Shown here: one piece after another, positions 36,808 through 46,910 of the stretch
How the letters are laid out: every line of letters begins with the position of its first letter
Numbering within the stretch: the first letter of the stretch is position 1
Origin: Ilumatobacteraceae bacterium
GTDB lineage: Bacteria > Actinomycetota > Acidimicrobiia > Acidimicrobiales > Ilumatobacteraceae
DNA: 64,000 nucleotides
Direction of reading: 5' to 3'
Assembly (NCBI GenBank): GCA_044355095.1
Contig: JBIKYT010000002.1
Span: 11,971 to 75,970 of the forward strand
Made by a program: the position numbers and the translations under genes
Notes under the pieces: model-generated
Seen by the model: the letters and a program-made list of their open reading frames with translations, nothing else
What the model was told of the DNA's origin: nothing
Databases searched by the model: none

Positions 36808-37545
36808 TTAACGGAATAGGTCTTCTTGTGGTGGACGCACAATTTCGTTGATTGAAGATTCGCGCAGCCACGATGGGTCTAAACCACGTACGACGGCGAC
36901 AGGAACACCGTTTGATTTGCCCATCACTAACTCGGCTGCTGAGGCAACTTCATCAGCAATGGAAACTTCGGTGACTTGCATCATGCGACCTAAGGCATCG
37001 GGGGTGCCGCGAAGATCGAGAACTCCAGCGACACCGGCAACGCCAATAGCAACATCGGTGAGTCCCTTGCGCCAGGGCCGACCAAAAGTGTCAGAAATAA
37101 TGATTCCTACAGAAACGCCAAGTTTGGCGCGGATGATGTCACGAATTCTTCGAGCCGACCGATCACTGTCAATGGGCAATAGTGCGGCCCATCCCCGTTC
37201 AACATTGGACAAATCAATTCCGCTATTTGCACAGATGAAGCCATGTTTGGTTTCGGTGATGATGAGATCTCCGCGACGGCGAACAACGCGCACACCTTCT
37301 TCTTCAACAAGAGCCTTGTGTGAGAGGGGATCGTCGGGATCAATCTCGACCATACGACCTTCGGCCTTCGAGACAATTTTTTGGGTGACGACAAGTACAT
37401 CGCCATCAAGGAGCGGTCCATTAGGTACTGCACGACAGGCATCAACGATGACGTCACCCAACTGATCGCCAGGGACAATCTCGCCGATCCCGGTTACTCC
37501 CCAGGCAGTCATTCGTAATTGTGGCTGTTGGTTTTGTTCACTCAT
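36808..37545 (-). CDS. cofE: F420-0:gamma-glutamyl ligase (CofE), single-domain form
   Basis: 245 aa. GDVLVVTQKIVSKAEGR and ICANSGID blocks. ATGA overlap with cofD. There is no C-terminal nitroreductase-like extension. Confidence 0.8.
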   Translation of the reverse strand: MSEQNQQPQLRMTAWGVTGIGEIVPGDQLGDVIVDACRAVPNGPLLDGDVLVVTQKIVSKAEGRMVEIDPDDPLSHKALVEEEGVRVVRRRGDLIITETKHGFICANSGIDLSNVERGWAALLPIDSDRSARRIRDIIRAKLGVSVGIIISDTFGRPWRKGLTDVAIGVAGVAGVLDLRGTPDALGRMMQVTEVSIADEVASAAELVMGKSNGVPVAVVRGLDPSWLRESSINEIVRPPQEDLFR

Positions 37546-38543
37546 GGCTTTCCTGACCTCGCTGCTTGCAAAACTTTACGGGCTAGTTCTTGGGTTATTT
37601 CAGGTGTGCGCATAATCGTGTCGGTGATGACACATTTCATTCCTTCACGTTCAACGGCATTCTGCAGGGCTTCGTCTTGTTGGTCAATCACCAATGTTGA
37701 ACACACAGGCGCATAAATGCGGGCCACTCCGACGACGGATGCCTCATGGCCAAGTTCGGTCAGCATTCGGTCTGCTGGACCTTTCAAGGCTGAACCAGCA
37801 ACAATCGGTGAGATGGCGACAACTCGATCTCGATTGGTTGCTAGTGCTTGGTCTACCCCTGAGAGAGCGCGAATTGGGCCAAGCGAAACGATTGGATTCG
37901 ACGGAGCGATGATGATTGCTTCAGACGAGTCAAGTAAGTCAAGGAATATCGGTTGAGCGGTCGATGCACCAACAAACTGGACGCCAGTGACAGGCACACC
38001 GTGGCGTCGCTGCACGAAATATTCTTGGAAAGACACTGTTGATGCATGCCCGTCTTCAACGATGTCAACTTTGGTTGAGACGACATCGTTAGACATAGGA
38101 ATCATGCTGAAGTTGAGACCCCACGCTCGAGTAATTTCCTGAGTGACCGTCGCGAGCGTTGCGCCCTCAGCAATACGGGCGGTTCGATACAAGTGGGTGG
38201 CTAGATCGCGATCACCTAAATTGAACCAGGTGCCGGCCGCGCTAGAACTCTGTGGCTTGACATCTTGATAGCGCGCTAGTGACTCCATGACTCGCCAAGA
38301 TTCATTGGCAAGTCCCCAGCCGCGCCCAGGATCTATGGCGTTGGCGACGGTGTAAGTGACGGTGTCGAGATCTGGCGAAATGTTGAGACCATGCATGATC
38401 GTGTCGTCACCCGTATTGACTACGACAGAAATTTCTGATGGGTCAACTTCAAGAACGAGACCGCGTAAAAATCGCGCCGCTCCAACGCCACCTGCGAGGA
38501 CAGTAATCATGCTCCCATTATTCCTTCTGGTGTTTCGTTTCAA
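37542..38543 (-). CDS. cofD: 2-phospho-L-lactate transferase (CofD/FbiA)
   Basis: VLAGGVGAARFLRGL N-terminal motif. About 320-333 aa (ATG 38510 is an alternative start). It lies directly upstream of cofE. Confidence 0.85.
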   Translation of the reverse strand: MKRNTRRNNGSMITVLAGGVGAARFLRGLVLEVDPSEISVVVNTGDDTIMHGLNISPDLDTVTYTVANAIDPGRGWGLANESWRVMESLARYQDVKPQSSSAAGTWFNLGDRDLATHLYRTARIAEGATLATVTQEITRAWGLNFSMIPMSNDVVSTKVDIVEDGHASTVSFQEYFVQRRHGVPVTGVQFVGASTAQPIFLDLLDSSEAIIIAPSNPIVSLGPIRALSGVDQALATNRDRVVAISPIVAGSALKGPADRMLTELGHEASVVGVARIYAPVCSTLVIDQQDEALQNAVEREGMKCVITDTIMRTPEITQELARKVLQAARSGKP

Positions 38544-38546
38544 TCG

Positions 38547-39659
38547 CTATTTCACGAGGTCGTTGTAGAGATTGACTAACTGCTGAGCCGTTTTCTCCCA
38601 CGAGAAGGATTGAAACTGTGTTGCGCCCGCGGACTGAAGTTTGATGCGAAGTTCGGAGTCGGTCACCACATTGGTCAAGGCCTCTGCGAGCGCTGACACG
38701 TCGAATGGATCAACCAAAATCGCGGCTGTTCCTGATACTTCGGGGATTGATCCGCGCGTTGACCCAACGATCGGGAGATTTGCCGACATTGCTTCCAACA
38801 GTGGAAAACCGAAACCCTCATCAAGTGACGGGTAGGCCATCGCGGTGGCTTGTTGATAAAGCCACTCAATGTTGTCATCGGTGACCCGACCAATGAGATG
38901 AACGCGTTGCGCCAGTTTGGGGGACAACGAATCAACTGCTTGTTGAAGCAGAACGCTGTCATCACTAGCAGAACCAGCAATCACCAACTGCAGATCAGAG
39001 TTTTCGTGTGCGGCGAGGGCAAAGGCCTCAACGAGGCGCGGATAATTCTTGCGTTTTTCTACGGTTCCTATGGCCAAGATGAACGGGGCGTCACCCATGT
39101 CGGACAGGGCATCGGGACGAGTTTTTCGTGAACTAGTGGAGCGATGTTCGGGAGCGCCCAAATAGATCATCTCAATGCGAGCCGTGGGGAATAGCTCGCG
39201 CAGAGTTGTGGCCGTCGCGTGTGAAGAAGCATGAACGACGGCTCCGGTTTGAATGGCTCGTCGTAATGCTTTCATTGCGTCATTGGTTATTGAAGAGCAT
39301 TGTGCAGGATTGAGAAGTGCCCAGCAGTCATACACCGTGACGACTCGCGGCAGTTTTGTGGGCGGGACGACATAGTTCATCCCATGTACAAGTTGGATGC
39401 CCTTGAAGAATGGCCCGACTGGTGGAAAATCGCGTTGACCCCAACTTTTGATGGACAGCCCGGCCGGAAATGGGAGTCGTTGCGTGTTTTCGTGAAGTTT
39501 GGCGCGAAAACTGACGACATATTCGGTGAGTTCAACCGCTGTTTGCTGGTGCAGTTGTCGAACCATGCCATCAACTGCTCGACCTACACCCGTGATCGGA
39601 CCATGTAGCGGGCCGACATCGACTCCAACTCTGATCACGAGAAACTCCCAAGATTGCAA
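38547..39659 (-). CDS. GT4 (GT-B) glycosyltransferase, first gene of the GT4-cofD-cofE string
   Basis: E-X7-E motif EGFGFPLLE. GTVEKRKNYPRL block. Its stop lies 3 nt before the cofD start. Confidence 0.8.
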   Translation of the reverse strand: MQSWEFLVIRVGVDVGPLHGPITGVGRAVDGMVRQLHQQTAVELTEYVVSFRAKLHENTQRLPFPAGLSIKSWGQRDFPPVGPFFKGIQLVHGMNYVVPPTKLPRVVTVYDCWALLNPAQCSSITNDAMKALRRAIQTGAVVHASSHATATTLRELFPTARIEMIYLGAPEHRSTSSRKTRPDALSDMGDAPFILAIGTVEKRKNYPRLVEAFALAAHENSDLQLVIAGSASDDSVLLQQAVDSLSPKLAQRVHLIGRVTDDNIEWLYQQATAMAYPSLDEGFGFPLLEAMSANLPIVGSTRGSIPEVSGTAAILVDPFDVSALAEALTNVVTDSELRIKLQSAGATQFQSFSWEKTAQQLVNLYNDLVK

Positions 39660-39744
39660 GACATCAAGCCGAGCGTAGGTCCTAAAGCGTAAGATAAGAC
39701 GGTTCAGTAGCGATCCGCCGATTGCCCAATCCAGGAGTCATTTG

Positions 39745-40740
39745 ATGCCCCGAGCGTTTATCACCGGTATTACGGGTCAAGACGGCCAACACATGGCCGA
39801 ATTCTTGCACAGCAAGGGATACGAGATTTTTGGCATGGTCAAGGGGCAGAACAACCCCAAAGGTGACATGCTGCGCGATGAATTTCCCTATGTCAACATC
39901 GTCCCCGGTGACCTTGCGGACTTGCCGTCTTTGGTTAAGGCGATGGAAGTTGCTCAACCAGATGAGATCTACAACTTGGCAGCAATTTCGTTTGTGGCGC
40001 TGTCGTGGAACCAGGCTGAATTGACCGCGAACCTCACGGGAACGGGCGTTTTACGCATGCTTGAAGCAATGCGCATGGTCGGCGGTAATACCAATAACAA
40101 GATGCGCTTCTATCAAGCCTCTTCATCAGAAATGTTCGGCAAGGTTCGTCAGATTCCACAGACTGAACTCACCCCTTTCCACCCGCGTTCGCCATATGGT
40201 TGCGCCAAAGTTTTTGGTCATGACATCACAGTGAATTACCGCGAGAGTTACGACATGTGGGCGTGTTCAGGAATCTTGTTCAATCACGAAGGTCCCCGCC
40301 GCGGAGTTGAGTTCGTGACGCGCAAAGTCACCAATGCTGCGGCTCGTATCAAACTTGGATTGCAGACAGAACTCGTCCTCGGCAATCTTGATGCCAAGCG
40401 CGACTGGGGTTATGCCGGCGATTATGTGAAGGCAATGTGGATGATGTTGCAACAGGATCAGCCCGATGATTACGTCATTGCGACGGGCGAGACCCACACC
40501 ATTGAAGAGCTCGTCGAATTAGCGTTCGCTGAGGCCGGTGTTGGAGATTGGCGTCCGTATGTCCGCCAGGATCCGAAATTTTTCCGCCCAGCCGAAGTTG
40601 ATTTGTTGATCGGTGATTCAAGTAAGGCTCGCGAAAAATTGGGTTGGAAGCCTGAAGTCGATTTCCCAGATCTGGTACGCATGATGGTGCAACACGACCT
40701 CAAATTCGAAGCGAAAAAGGCAGGCATCGCCCTCGCTTAA
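39745..40740 (+). CDS. gmd: GDP-mannose 4,6-dehydratase
   Basis: AGGAG SD 7 nt before ATG 39745. [11 protein letters not shown] Rossmann motif, catalytic SPYGCAK (YxxxK), and NHEGPRRG block. Confidence 0.9.
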   Translation: MPRAFITGITGQDGQHMAEFLHSKGYEIFGMVKGQNNPKGDMLRDEFPYVNIVPGDLADLPSLVKAMEVAQPDEIYNLAAISFVALSWNQAELTANLTGTGVLRMLEAMRMVGGNTNNKMRFYQASSSEMFGKVRQIPQTELTPFHPRSPYGCAKVFGHDITVNYRESYDMWACSGILFNHEGPRRGVEFVTRKVTNAAARIKLGLQTELVLGNLDAKRDWGYAGDYVKAMWMMLQQDQPDDYVIATGETHTIEELVELAFAEAGVGDWRPYVRQDPKFFRPAEVDLLIGDSSKAREKLGWKPEVDFPDLVRMMVQHDLKFEAKKAGIALA

Positions 40741-40751
40741 GAATGTTCGTC

Positions 40752-42092
40752 TTACGTCTCAAAAGGGCGGTCAGACAACGCATCGCTCAATGATTCAGGG
40801 GTTATGTTTGCTCCATCTTTGAGCAAGCGAATCAATGAGACTGCAAACACCGCGAGTGCTACAAGCGAGCTGGCAACTAGACCGATCTCAACACGAAGGT
40901 ACAAGTTGTCAGAAGCAAGCCACGTGCAACCGACGAAAGTAATCATTCCGAGAAGCCAACCCATGCCAACGAGTGCATGACCGTTGAGAGCAATCACTGC
41001 TTGCGCTGTTGCGAGCGCCACCATGTACAGAGCGCTACCGAGGGCCAACATGGTGAGGGAACTTCGATTGAGAACATCGTCGTAAACAATCTTTAGCAAT
41101 GGTGGTCCGAAGGCAAACGAGCCGACGGTTCCGACAACTCCGACGAAGATGACAACTTGCATCAGGCGACGAAATCCGTTGCGGAACTCAACAAGGTCAC
41201 CTTGTGCCGCCAATAGCGCGAGGCGTGGGAGCAGTGCTGCCTGTACCGCTTGGAAAAGGAATAGCGGAACTCGCGACAGCAGAACTCCGTTACCGAATGC
41301 AGTCACCAATTCAGACTGTCCGTCGGTTGCCAAAATATTGATCGCGATGGGGCCAGCATTGACAAGGCCTGCTCCCATTAACGAACCAAGTAATAGCCAG
41401 CCAAGATTTGGAGTGACTTCGCTCCATGGCGCAACTGGACCTGGTGTTGTTTTGATGTCGCCGCGTAACCAAACAACAAGCACTCCAGAAAGAGGCGAGA
41501 GGGCGATGAGCATCGCGTATGCGCCGACATTGGTGATGCCCATTTGCCAAAACACGATGCATCCAACGATTCGCACGAATCCGTCTGCGCCCATGACAAT
41601 TCCGTACGATGCAAACCGCCCCTGCCCAGAGCAAATTCCGCGAGCGAGGTGGGTGGGGGCGTACGCAACAAAAGCAATAATGAGCGCCGCGGTGACGAGG
41701 GCGTAGCCCTCAAAGAATTCGCGAGTTGCTAGTGAGCTGAGACCCGCCAACACCGCGACGATGATGCCTGCGACGGCAGCACCGAGGGGAACGATACGTG
41801 CCACCACGGGACGACCACCTTGATTGAGAGCGCGCCGGTGGGCGAGGGCGCGTCCCATTTCTTGCTCGAGGGGCAAGAAAAATCCGGGGGCCAAAACAAA
41901 GGTGGCGAACCACAGGGCCACGATGGGTTTGAAGTCTTCTTTGCCGAGTGCTTCTTGACCGACCTTAAAAAAGGCATAGCTGGAGACGCCGGCCACCAGC
42001 AGACCTCCGCCGACCGCCAACGTCCCCTCGGGGAGAGGAATACGGGCCGATGAGGTGGGCTCGGTTCCAGTGGACTCGTGGTTGGTAGTCAA
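40752..42092 (-). CDS. Polytopic membrane protein, MOP/Wzx-like polysaccharide flippase candidate
   Basis: 446 aa with roughly 12-14 hydrophobic helices and no soluble domain. TTG start, which is uncertain. The family assignment rests on architecture and context only. Confidence 0.5.
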   Translation of the reverse strand: MTTNHESTGTEPTSSARIPLPEGTLAVGGGLLVAGVSSYAFFKVGQEALGKEDFKPIVALWFATFVLAPGFFLPLEQEMGRALAHRRALNQGGRPVVARIVPLGAAVAGIIVAVLAGLSSLATREFFEGYALVTAALIIAFVAYAPTHLARGICSGQGRFASYGIVMGADGFVRIVGCIVFWQMGITNVGAYAMLIALSPLSGVLVVWLRGDIKTTPGPVAPWSEVTPNLGWLLLGSLMGAGLVNAGPIAINILATDGQSELVTAFGNGVLLSRVPLFLFQAVQAALLPRLALLAAQGDLVEFRNGFRRLMQVVIFVGVVGTVGSFAFGPPLLKIVYDDVLNRSSLTMLALGSALYMVALATAQAVIALNGHALVGMGWLLGMITFVGCTWLASDNLYLRVEIGLVASSLVALAVFAVSLIRLLKDGANITPESLSDALSDRPFET

Positions 42093-42195
42093 GACCTCTC
42101 ACCCTACTCAGATCAGGCGTTCGACCCCCGAATCCCTGGCTTCAGCGCGTCTGTGACCTGAGGTCTGAGATGAGGGCGAGTAACCTTCTCACACC

Positions 42196-45100
42196 GTGGA
42201 AAATGAGATGGAAGCAACTCTTTCCGCTGCGACTTCGCCTACTGAAGCCAGCGTGTCGGCCGCCCCAGGAGTCGTGGTGGCGGTCGTTGTTGACCAACCA
42301 AACTCGGCAAGCGAAATATTGAAAGAGGTCTTTTCAGCCCTGGCCGCTCAGGATTACCCAAATATCCAGATTTTGGTGCTGTTGACCGGCTCTGATGCCG
42401 CCGAATTCGAGTTGATACATGAGATTGCCCAGGCTCAGGGTTCTGACCCGAGCACTCGCGAACCCCATATTTATCAAATTGGCGCCAATCCAGGGTTTGG
42501 GCTGGCGGCAAATACGGTGTTGCGATTGGTTGAGGGAGACAGTGGATTTTTCCTACTGATGCACGACGATGTCGTTTTGGCCCCGGACGCAGTTCGGCTG
42601 TTGGTCGAAGAGCTGTATCGGTCAAATGCCGGGATGGTTGGCCCAAAGTTCGTTGAGTGGGATGAAACTCGACGGTTGCAGGCGGTGGGCTTTGATTGTG
42701 ATTGGTTCGGTGAACTCGACAGTGCAGTTGAGCCCCACGAACTTGATCAAGAACAACATGACGCAGTGCGTGACGTGTTTGTTTTGTCTTCATCATGTTT
42801 GCTTGTCCGTGCTGACCTCTTTCGCGAACTTGGAGGTTTCGAACCTTCCATCGAGTTTTTTGGTGAAGATCTTGATCTGTGTTGGCGAGCTCATCTTTCG
42901 GGTGCTCGTGTCGTTGTTGTTCCTGCCGCGACTGCTCGTCATCGCGCCTTAATTGATGAGCGACTGGCTGATCGCCGCCGCGACTCTGGCTCACTCATGC
43001 GACAGGCCGAAAGGCACCGCATGTCAACGGTGCTGTCGCTGACTGGGGCGCGCCGCCTGCCGATCGTAGTGCCGCTGTTGTTTCTCATTACCTGTGTTGA
43101 AGCACTTGGCTCAATGGTTCGCGGTCGATGGCAGCGGGCATTCGCTGGGCTGAGCGGATTACTGAACTTGCTGCCCAGTATTGGCAGTATCGCTCGTCGT
43201 CGGTCGCGCGTCCGCCTGTTGCGTCAAGTGCCCGACCACGAAGTCGTTGAACTACAGGTTCGCGGCAGTGTGCGCTGGAAACGAATCATTCGTCATCGCC
43301 GATTTACACCTTCAGCCAATATTCGAGGCGCTGGAAACGAAGCAAATGTTCGAAGCCCCAAGGCCATTGCATCGTGGGGAGTCCTCGCCGTTTTGCTCTT
43401 TCTTGGGGGCCGTCAATTATGGATGAATGGCGTGCATTCGGTGGGCGACTTGTTGCCGCTTCCAGAATCACCGCGCGATTTGCTGCGTCAGTACGTGAGT
43501 GGGTGGTGGGCACAAGACCTTGGTAGCACGACTGCTCAACCAACCAGCACAGGTCTTGTTGCGCTCGGTGGAATCATCACGCTTGGGCATATGGGGTTGT
43601 TGCACACCCTGATCACCATTGGGCTCATTCCTCTGGGATGGCTCGGTGTTTCGGCGTTGTGTGGAGTAGTTGCTAACGAACGCGCCCGTATCGTCGGAGT
43701 CATTGCGTACGCCGCAGTTCCTCTTCCGTATGCCGCGGTCGCAAGTGGCCGACACCAAGTACTGATTGCTTACGCCGTTGTTCCTTGGGCCCTCCACCTG
43801 ATTCGTTCTTTCGGTGGCATTGGTACATCAATTGTTGATGACGAACCTGGCGATGTCGTTGATCATCCGTCAACGAAACAGCGGATTCGTTTGGCCGCAA
43901 AACTTTCGTTACTTTTCGGCGTCACGATGGCCTTTAGTCCAGGAGTTGTTGTTGTCGTTCTGTTGAGTGCATTGTTGTGGCTGTTGACGGCCGCTGTTTC
44001 AGGAGGTTCAACTCGGGCCGCTGGATTGGGTTTTGCGGGCGCAATGAGCGCAACGGCAGCAGCGGTTGTTCTCAACATGCCGTGGATCACGCGCTATTTG
44101 TCTAATGGTGGGTGGGACGCAATCGTTGGTTCGCCGGCTCGCTCTCCGGAAAATCTCGGATTGTGGGAGGTCTTACGTTTCGGTATCGGTCCAGCAGCAC
44201 TTGGTGGGCTGATCGTGTTGCTCTACGTTCCGCTCCTTGTCGCGCCTTTGGTGTCCAAGAACTCGCGTTTTATTTGGGCTTCGCGAGCCGCGATTTTGTC
44301 CATTGTTTTGCTTGCATTGGCACTGCTGAACTCAAGTGATGATTTGCCTATTCGCCTTCCTGAAACCGGCATTTTGCTGGCTCCTGTTGCGAGTTGTTTG
44401 GCAATTGGCGCAGCCATCATTGTGATGGCTTTCGGAATTGACGTTCGAGGCGGTCGCTTCGGATGGCGACAGCCATTGGCGCTTTTGTCGCTCGTCACTC
44501 TTCCTCTTGGACTTTTGCCTGTCGTCGCTGCTGCATCAAATGGTCAATGGGAACAACCTTCAGTTACTTTGGCTCAACAAATGCGCGAACTATTGGGTGA
44601 TTCAAGTCAGGGCGACTATCGCATTTTGCTCGTCGGTGACTCGCGACTGATCCCATCCGATCAGCACACGTATCGCGATGGTCTGGCCTATTCGTTGGTG
44701 CAAAACGGTGATGCATCAATGTTGAATCAAGTGTCGTCGGCCTCGCGAGACGCCAAGATTTTCATTGAACCGCTCCTTGATGCAGTGGCCTCTGGAACAA
44801 CTGGTCGTGTCGGGCGACTGATGGCTCCACTTGGTATTCGGTACATCGTCATTCCGGTCATTGATCGAGTGCACTCCTCAAGCGAATCTCCGTTACCCAT
44901 ACCGCTCGGTTTGCGCGAAGCGTTCGCTGAACAATTGGATTTGCAAAATGTCTATGGGCCTTCGAGCATGACGATCTTCGAAAACTCGCAGTGGATTCCC
45001 TTAACCGGAATGTTGAGCACCGTGGCGTCCGAACAAAGTAGTGAAGGTGGCGCTGAGGCTCTCGTAGCGACTGAATTGACCGGCTCGCTTGCTGCTTTGA

Positions 45101-45462
45101 ACGGTACGACAAGTTGGGCAAGTCCAACCCAAGAACTTCCAGCGGGACGTTTTCATATGGGCGTTCCCTTCGACCCGCGATGGACACTGACAATTGATGG
45201 GCAAATCATCAAACCTGAAGCTTCGTTCGGAACCGTGATGCATTTTGAAACGGGCGATGGTGGATTGGCGCGTTTGTCTTACTCAAACCCTCTCAGTCGT
45301 TACGTGTGGGTGTTGTTGCAAGTGTTCTTGTGGTTGGTGGTAGTACTCGGAATTTTGCAACCGAATCTTCGCCGTGGTTCTCGCCGTCAACAATTTGAAT
45401 TGCCAGAAACGACTCCAGTTGTTTCACTCTCAGCGAACCCCATTTCAGGTGATCAGACATGA
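42196..45462 (+). CDS. Large bifunctional-looking glycosyltransferase: N-terminal GT2 domain fused to a polytopic membrane domain and a C-terminal extracytoplasmic region
   Basis: 1088 aa. GT-A motifs (LMHDDVVLAP; FFGEDLDLCWRAH) lie in the first ~280 aa, followed by more than 10 hydrophobic helices. The start is GTG 42196 or ATG 42208. Confidence 0.75.
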   Translation: MENEMEATLSAATSPTEASVSAAPGVVVAVVVDQPNSASEILKEVFSALAAQDYPNIQILVLLTGSDAAEFELIHEIAQAQGSDPSTREPHIYQIGANPGFGLAANTVLRLVEGDSGFFLLMHDDVVLAPDAVRLLVEELYRSNAGMVGPKFVEWDETRRLQAVGFDCDWFGELDSAVEPHELDQEQHDAVRDVFVLSSSCLLVRADLFRELGGFEPSIEFFGEDLDLCWRAHLSGARVVVVPAATARHRALIDERLADRRRDSGSLMRQAERHRMSTVLSLTGARRLPIVVPLLFLITCVEALGSMVRGRWQRAFAGLSGLLNLLPSIGSIARRRSRVRLLRQVPDHEVVELQVRGSVRWKRIIRHRRFTPSANIRGAGNEANVRSPKAIASWGVLAVLLFLGGRQLWMNGVHSVGDLLPLPESPRDLLRQYVSGWWAQDLGSTTAQPTSTGLVALGGIITLGHMGLLHTLITIGLIPLGWLGVSALCGVVANERARIVGVIAYAAVPLPYAAVASGRHQVLIAYAVVPWALHLIRSFGGIGTSIVDDEPGDVVDHPSTKQRIRLAAKLSLLFGVTMAFSPGVVVVVLLSALLWLLTAAVSGGSTRAAGLGFAGAMSATAAAVVLNMPWITRYLSNGGWDAIVGSPARSPENLGLWEVLRFGIGPAALGGLIVLLYVPLLVAPLVSKNSRFIWASRAAILSIVLLALALLNSSDDLPIRLPETGILLAPVASCLAIGAAIIVMAFGIDVRGGRFGWRQPLALLSLVTLPLGLLPVVAAASNGQWEQPSVTLAQQMRELLGDSSQGDYRILLVGDSRLIPSDQHTYRDGLAYSLVQNGDASMLNQVSSASRDAKIFIEPLLDAVASGTTGRVGRLMAPLGIRYIVIPVIDRVHSSSESPLPIPLGLREAFAEQLDLQNVYGPSSMTIFENSQWIPLTGMLSTVASEQSSEGGAEALVATELTGSLAALNGTTSWASPTQELPAGRFHMGVPFDPRWTLTIDGQIIKPEASFGTVMHFETGDGGLARLSYSNPLSRYVWVLLQVFLWLVVVLGILQPNLRRGSRRQQFELPETTPVVSLSANPISGDQT

Positions 45463-46910
45463 ATCGTCGGGTGAGCCTCTATCTCGTTTTGTTAGTGGTT
45501 ATTGGTTTGGCTTTTAACTTTTCAGACCGAGACGAAACTCAATTTGCTGCAGTGTTTTCGCTCGGAACTCGGCCTGGTACGCCGGCAATTGTTCGTAACG
45601 ATCAAGCAGTCACGAGCACTTGGTTTTGTGCTGGAACATCGGCGGCTGGAGAAAGTGACAGCGGTACCTACGGAGGCGAGATCGTGATCTCGAATCCTTT
45701 AGAGACACCGGTGACTGGTCTGTTAACGATTCTGACGAGCGAACAAACTCCGGTGACTCAGGCGATCAATTCTGATCCACGTTCGCAACTCGTGATTGAG
45801 ATCAATTCGTTAGTGACAGCACCATATGCGAGTGCACTGGTTGAACTCACTGATTCGGCGGCAAGTGTTGAGCAGCGTGCGTTGCATCCTGCCGGTGCTG
45901 CAGTGTCTCCTTGTTCAAATCGAACTTCAAGTGAGTGGTATTTCGCTGACGGCTTTTCTGCAGAGTCATCAGATTTTCGTTTAGTCCTAACGAATCCGTA
46001 TTTGTCACCAGCGATCGTCAATATTGAAATCGCGACGAAGAATGGTCAGCGCACTCCAACAAATCTTCAAGGGTTTGTTATTCCGGCTCAATCAATACGT
46101 GTTCTGAACATTCCAGAGTCTGGTTTTCGTGATGAAAAGATTCTGGCGCTCAGTGTCGTGGCCTCGGCGGGACGAATTGTCGCGGCTAAAGATCAGCATT
46201 TCCTAGGTGCGGGTCGACTAGGTCATGTGTTGTCGCTGGGAAGCCCTTCAACTTCTGATCAGTGGTGGTTCGCTGATGGAGAAAAGGGCGCCGGTATTTC
46301 TGAGACCTACATGATTTTCAACCCCAACGATCAAGACGTTTTGGCTGATGTCGTGATGCTCGGCCTTGATCCGACTGTGGCGACGGTGCTGCCGACAACT
46401 TTGACCATCCCCGCGAATGATGTTGTGCCCTTTGATGTATCGGCGATTGTCGGTTTGCCTGATGGATTGCACGGCGGTGTTGTGAGTGGGCAAGCCGGGG
46501 CCCAGCTTGTGGTGGAGCGGGTGCTCACGAAACCAGCGGGTTCAAGCGTTGCGACCACCGTTGTGCTCGGTGCTCAGCGAGGTTTCCAATCAACGCGTTG
46601 GAGCGTTCCAACTTCGACAACGATTGCGATCGAAGATGTATTGACGATTCTCAACACATCACCAAATAGCGGAGTCGTGACGATCTATTCGGTTGGTCCT
46701 GGGGGAGAAGAGCCAGTTCCCGGCCTCAGCGATATTCCGATCGCGGCCAATGGTTTGGTTTCAATTGATTTGGTTGACCCACTGTCGTTCGGACGTGCGC
46801 TCGAAGTGGTGAGTGACCAATCGATTTTGGTTGAGCGTCGTCTTGAACGTACGCCGACTTTGCGAGGTCGCAGTGGATCGCTCGCTTTTCCAGAGAAGTT
46901 GTTGCCATGA
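45459..46910 (+). CDS. Exported protein of unknown function, DUF5719-like (family name from memory)
   Basis: ATGA overlap with the GT2 gene. N-terminal membrane anchor, then ~450 aa of a beta-rich sequence. This is the usual partner of the large GT2 in actinobacterial annotations as I recall them. Confidence 0.55.
   Translation: MNRRVSLYLVLLVVIGLAFNFSDRDETQFAAVFSLGTRPGTPAIVRNDQAVTSTWFCAGTSAAGESDSGTYGGEIVISNPLETPVTGLLTILTSEQTPVTQAINSDPRSQLVIEINSLVTAPYASALVELTDSAASVEQRALHPAGAAVSPCSNRTSSEWYFADGFSAESSDFRLVLTNPYLSPAIVNIEIATKNGQRTPTNLQGFVIPAQSIRVLNIPESGFRDEKILALSVVASAGRIVAAKDQHFLGAGRLGHVLSLGSPSTSDQWWFADGEKGAGISETYMIFNPNDQDVLADVVMLGLDPTVATVLPTTLTIPANDVVPFDVSAIVGLPDGLHGGVVSGQAGAQLVVERVLTKPAGSSVATTVVLGAQRGFQSTRWSVPTSTTIAIEDVLTILNTSPNSGVVTIYSVGPGGEEPVPGLSDIPIAANGLVSIDLVDPLSFGRALEVVSDQSILVERRLERTPTLRGRSGSLAFPEKLLP

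Noticed and set aside
42239-42994. Long antisense ORFs opposite the GT2 gene (251 aa). Similar cases lie opposite pgi (17083-17730, 215 aa) and cofE (36848-37465, 205 aa).
   Set aside because: Each lies entirely within a gene that has strong family motifs on the other strand. The products are Arg/Pro/Ser-rich in a compositionally odd way, as is typical of shadow frames.
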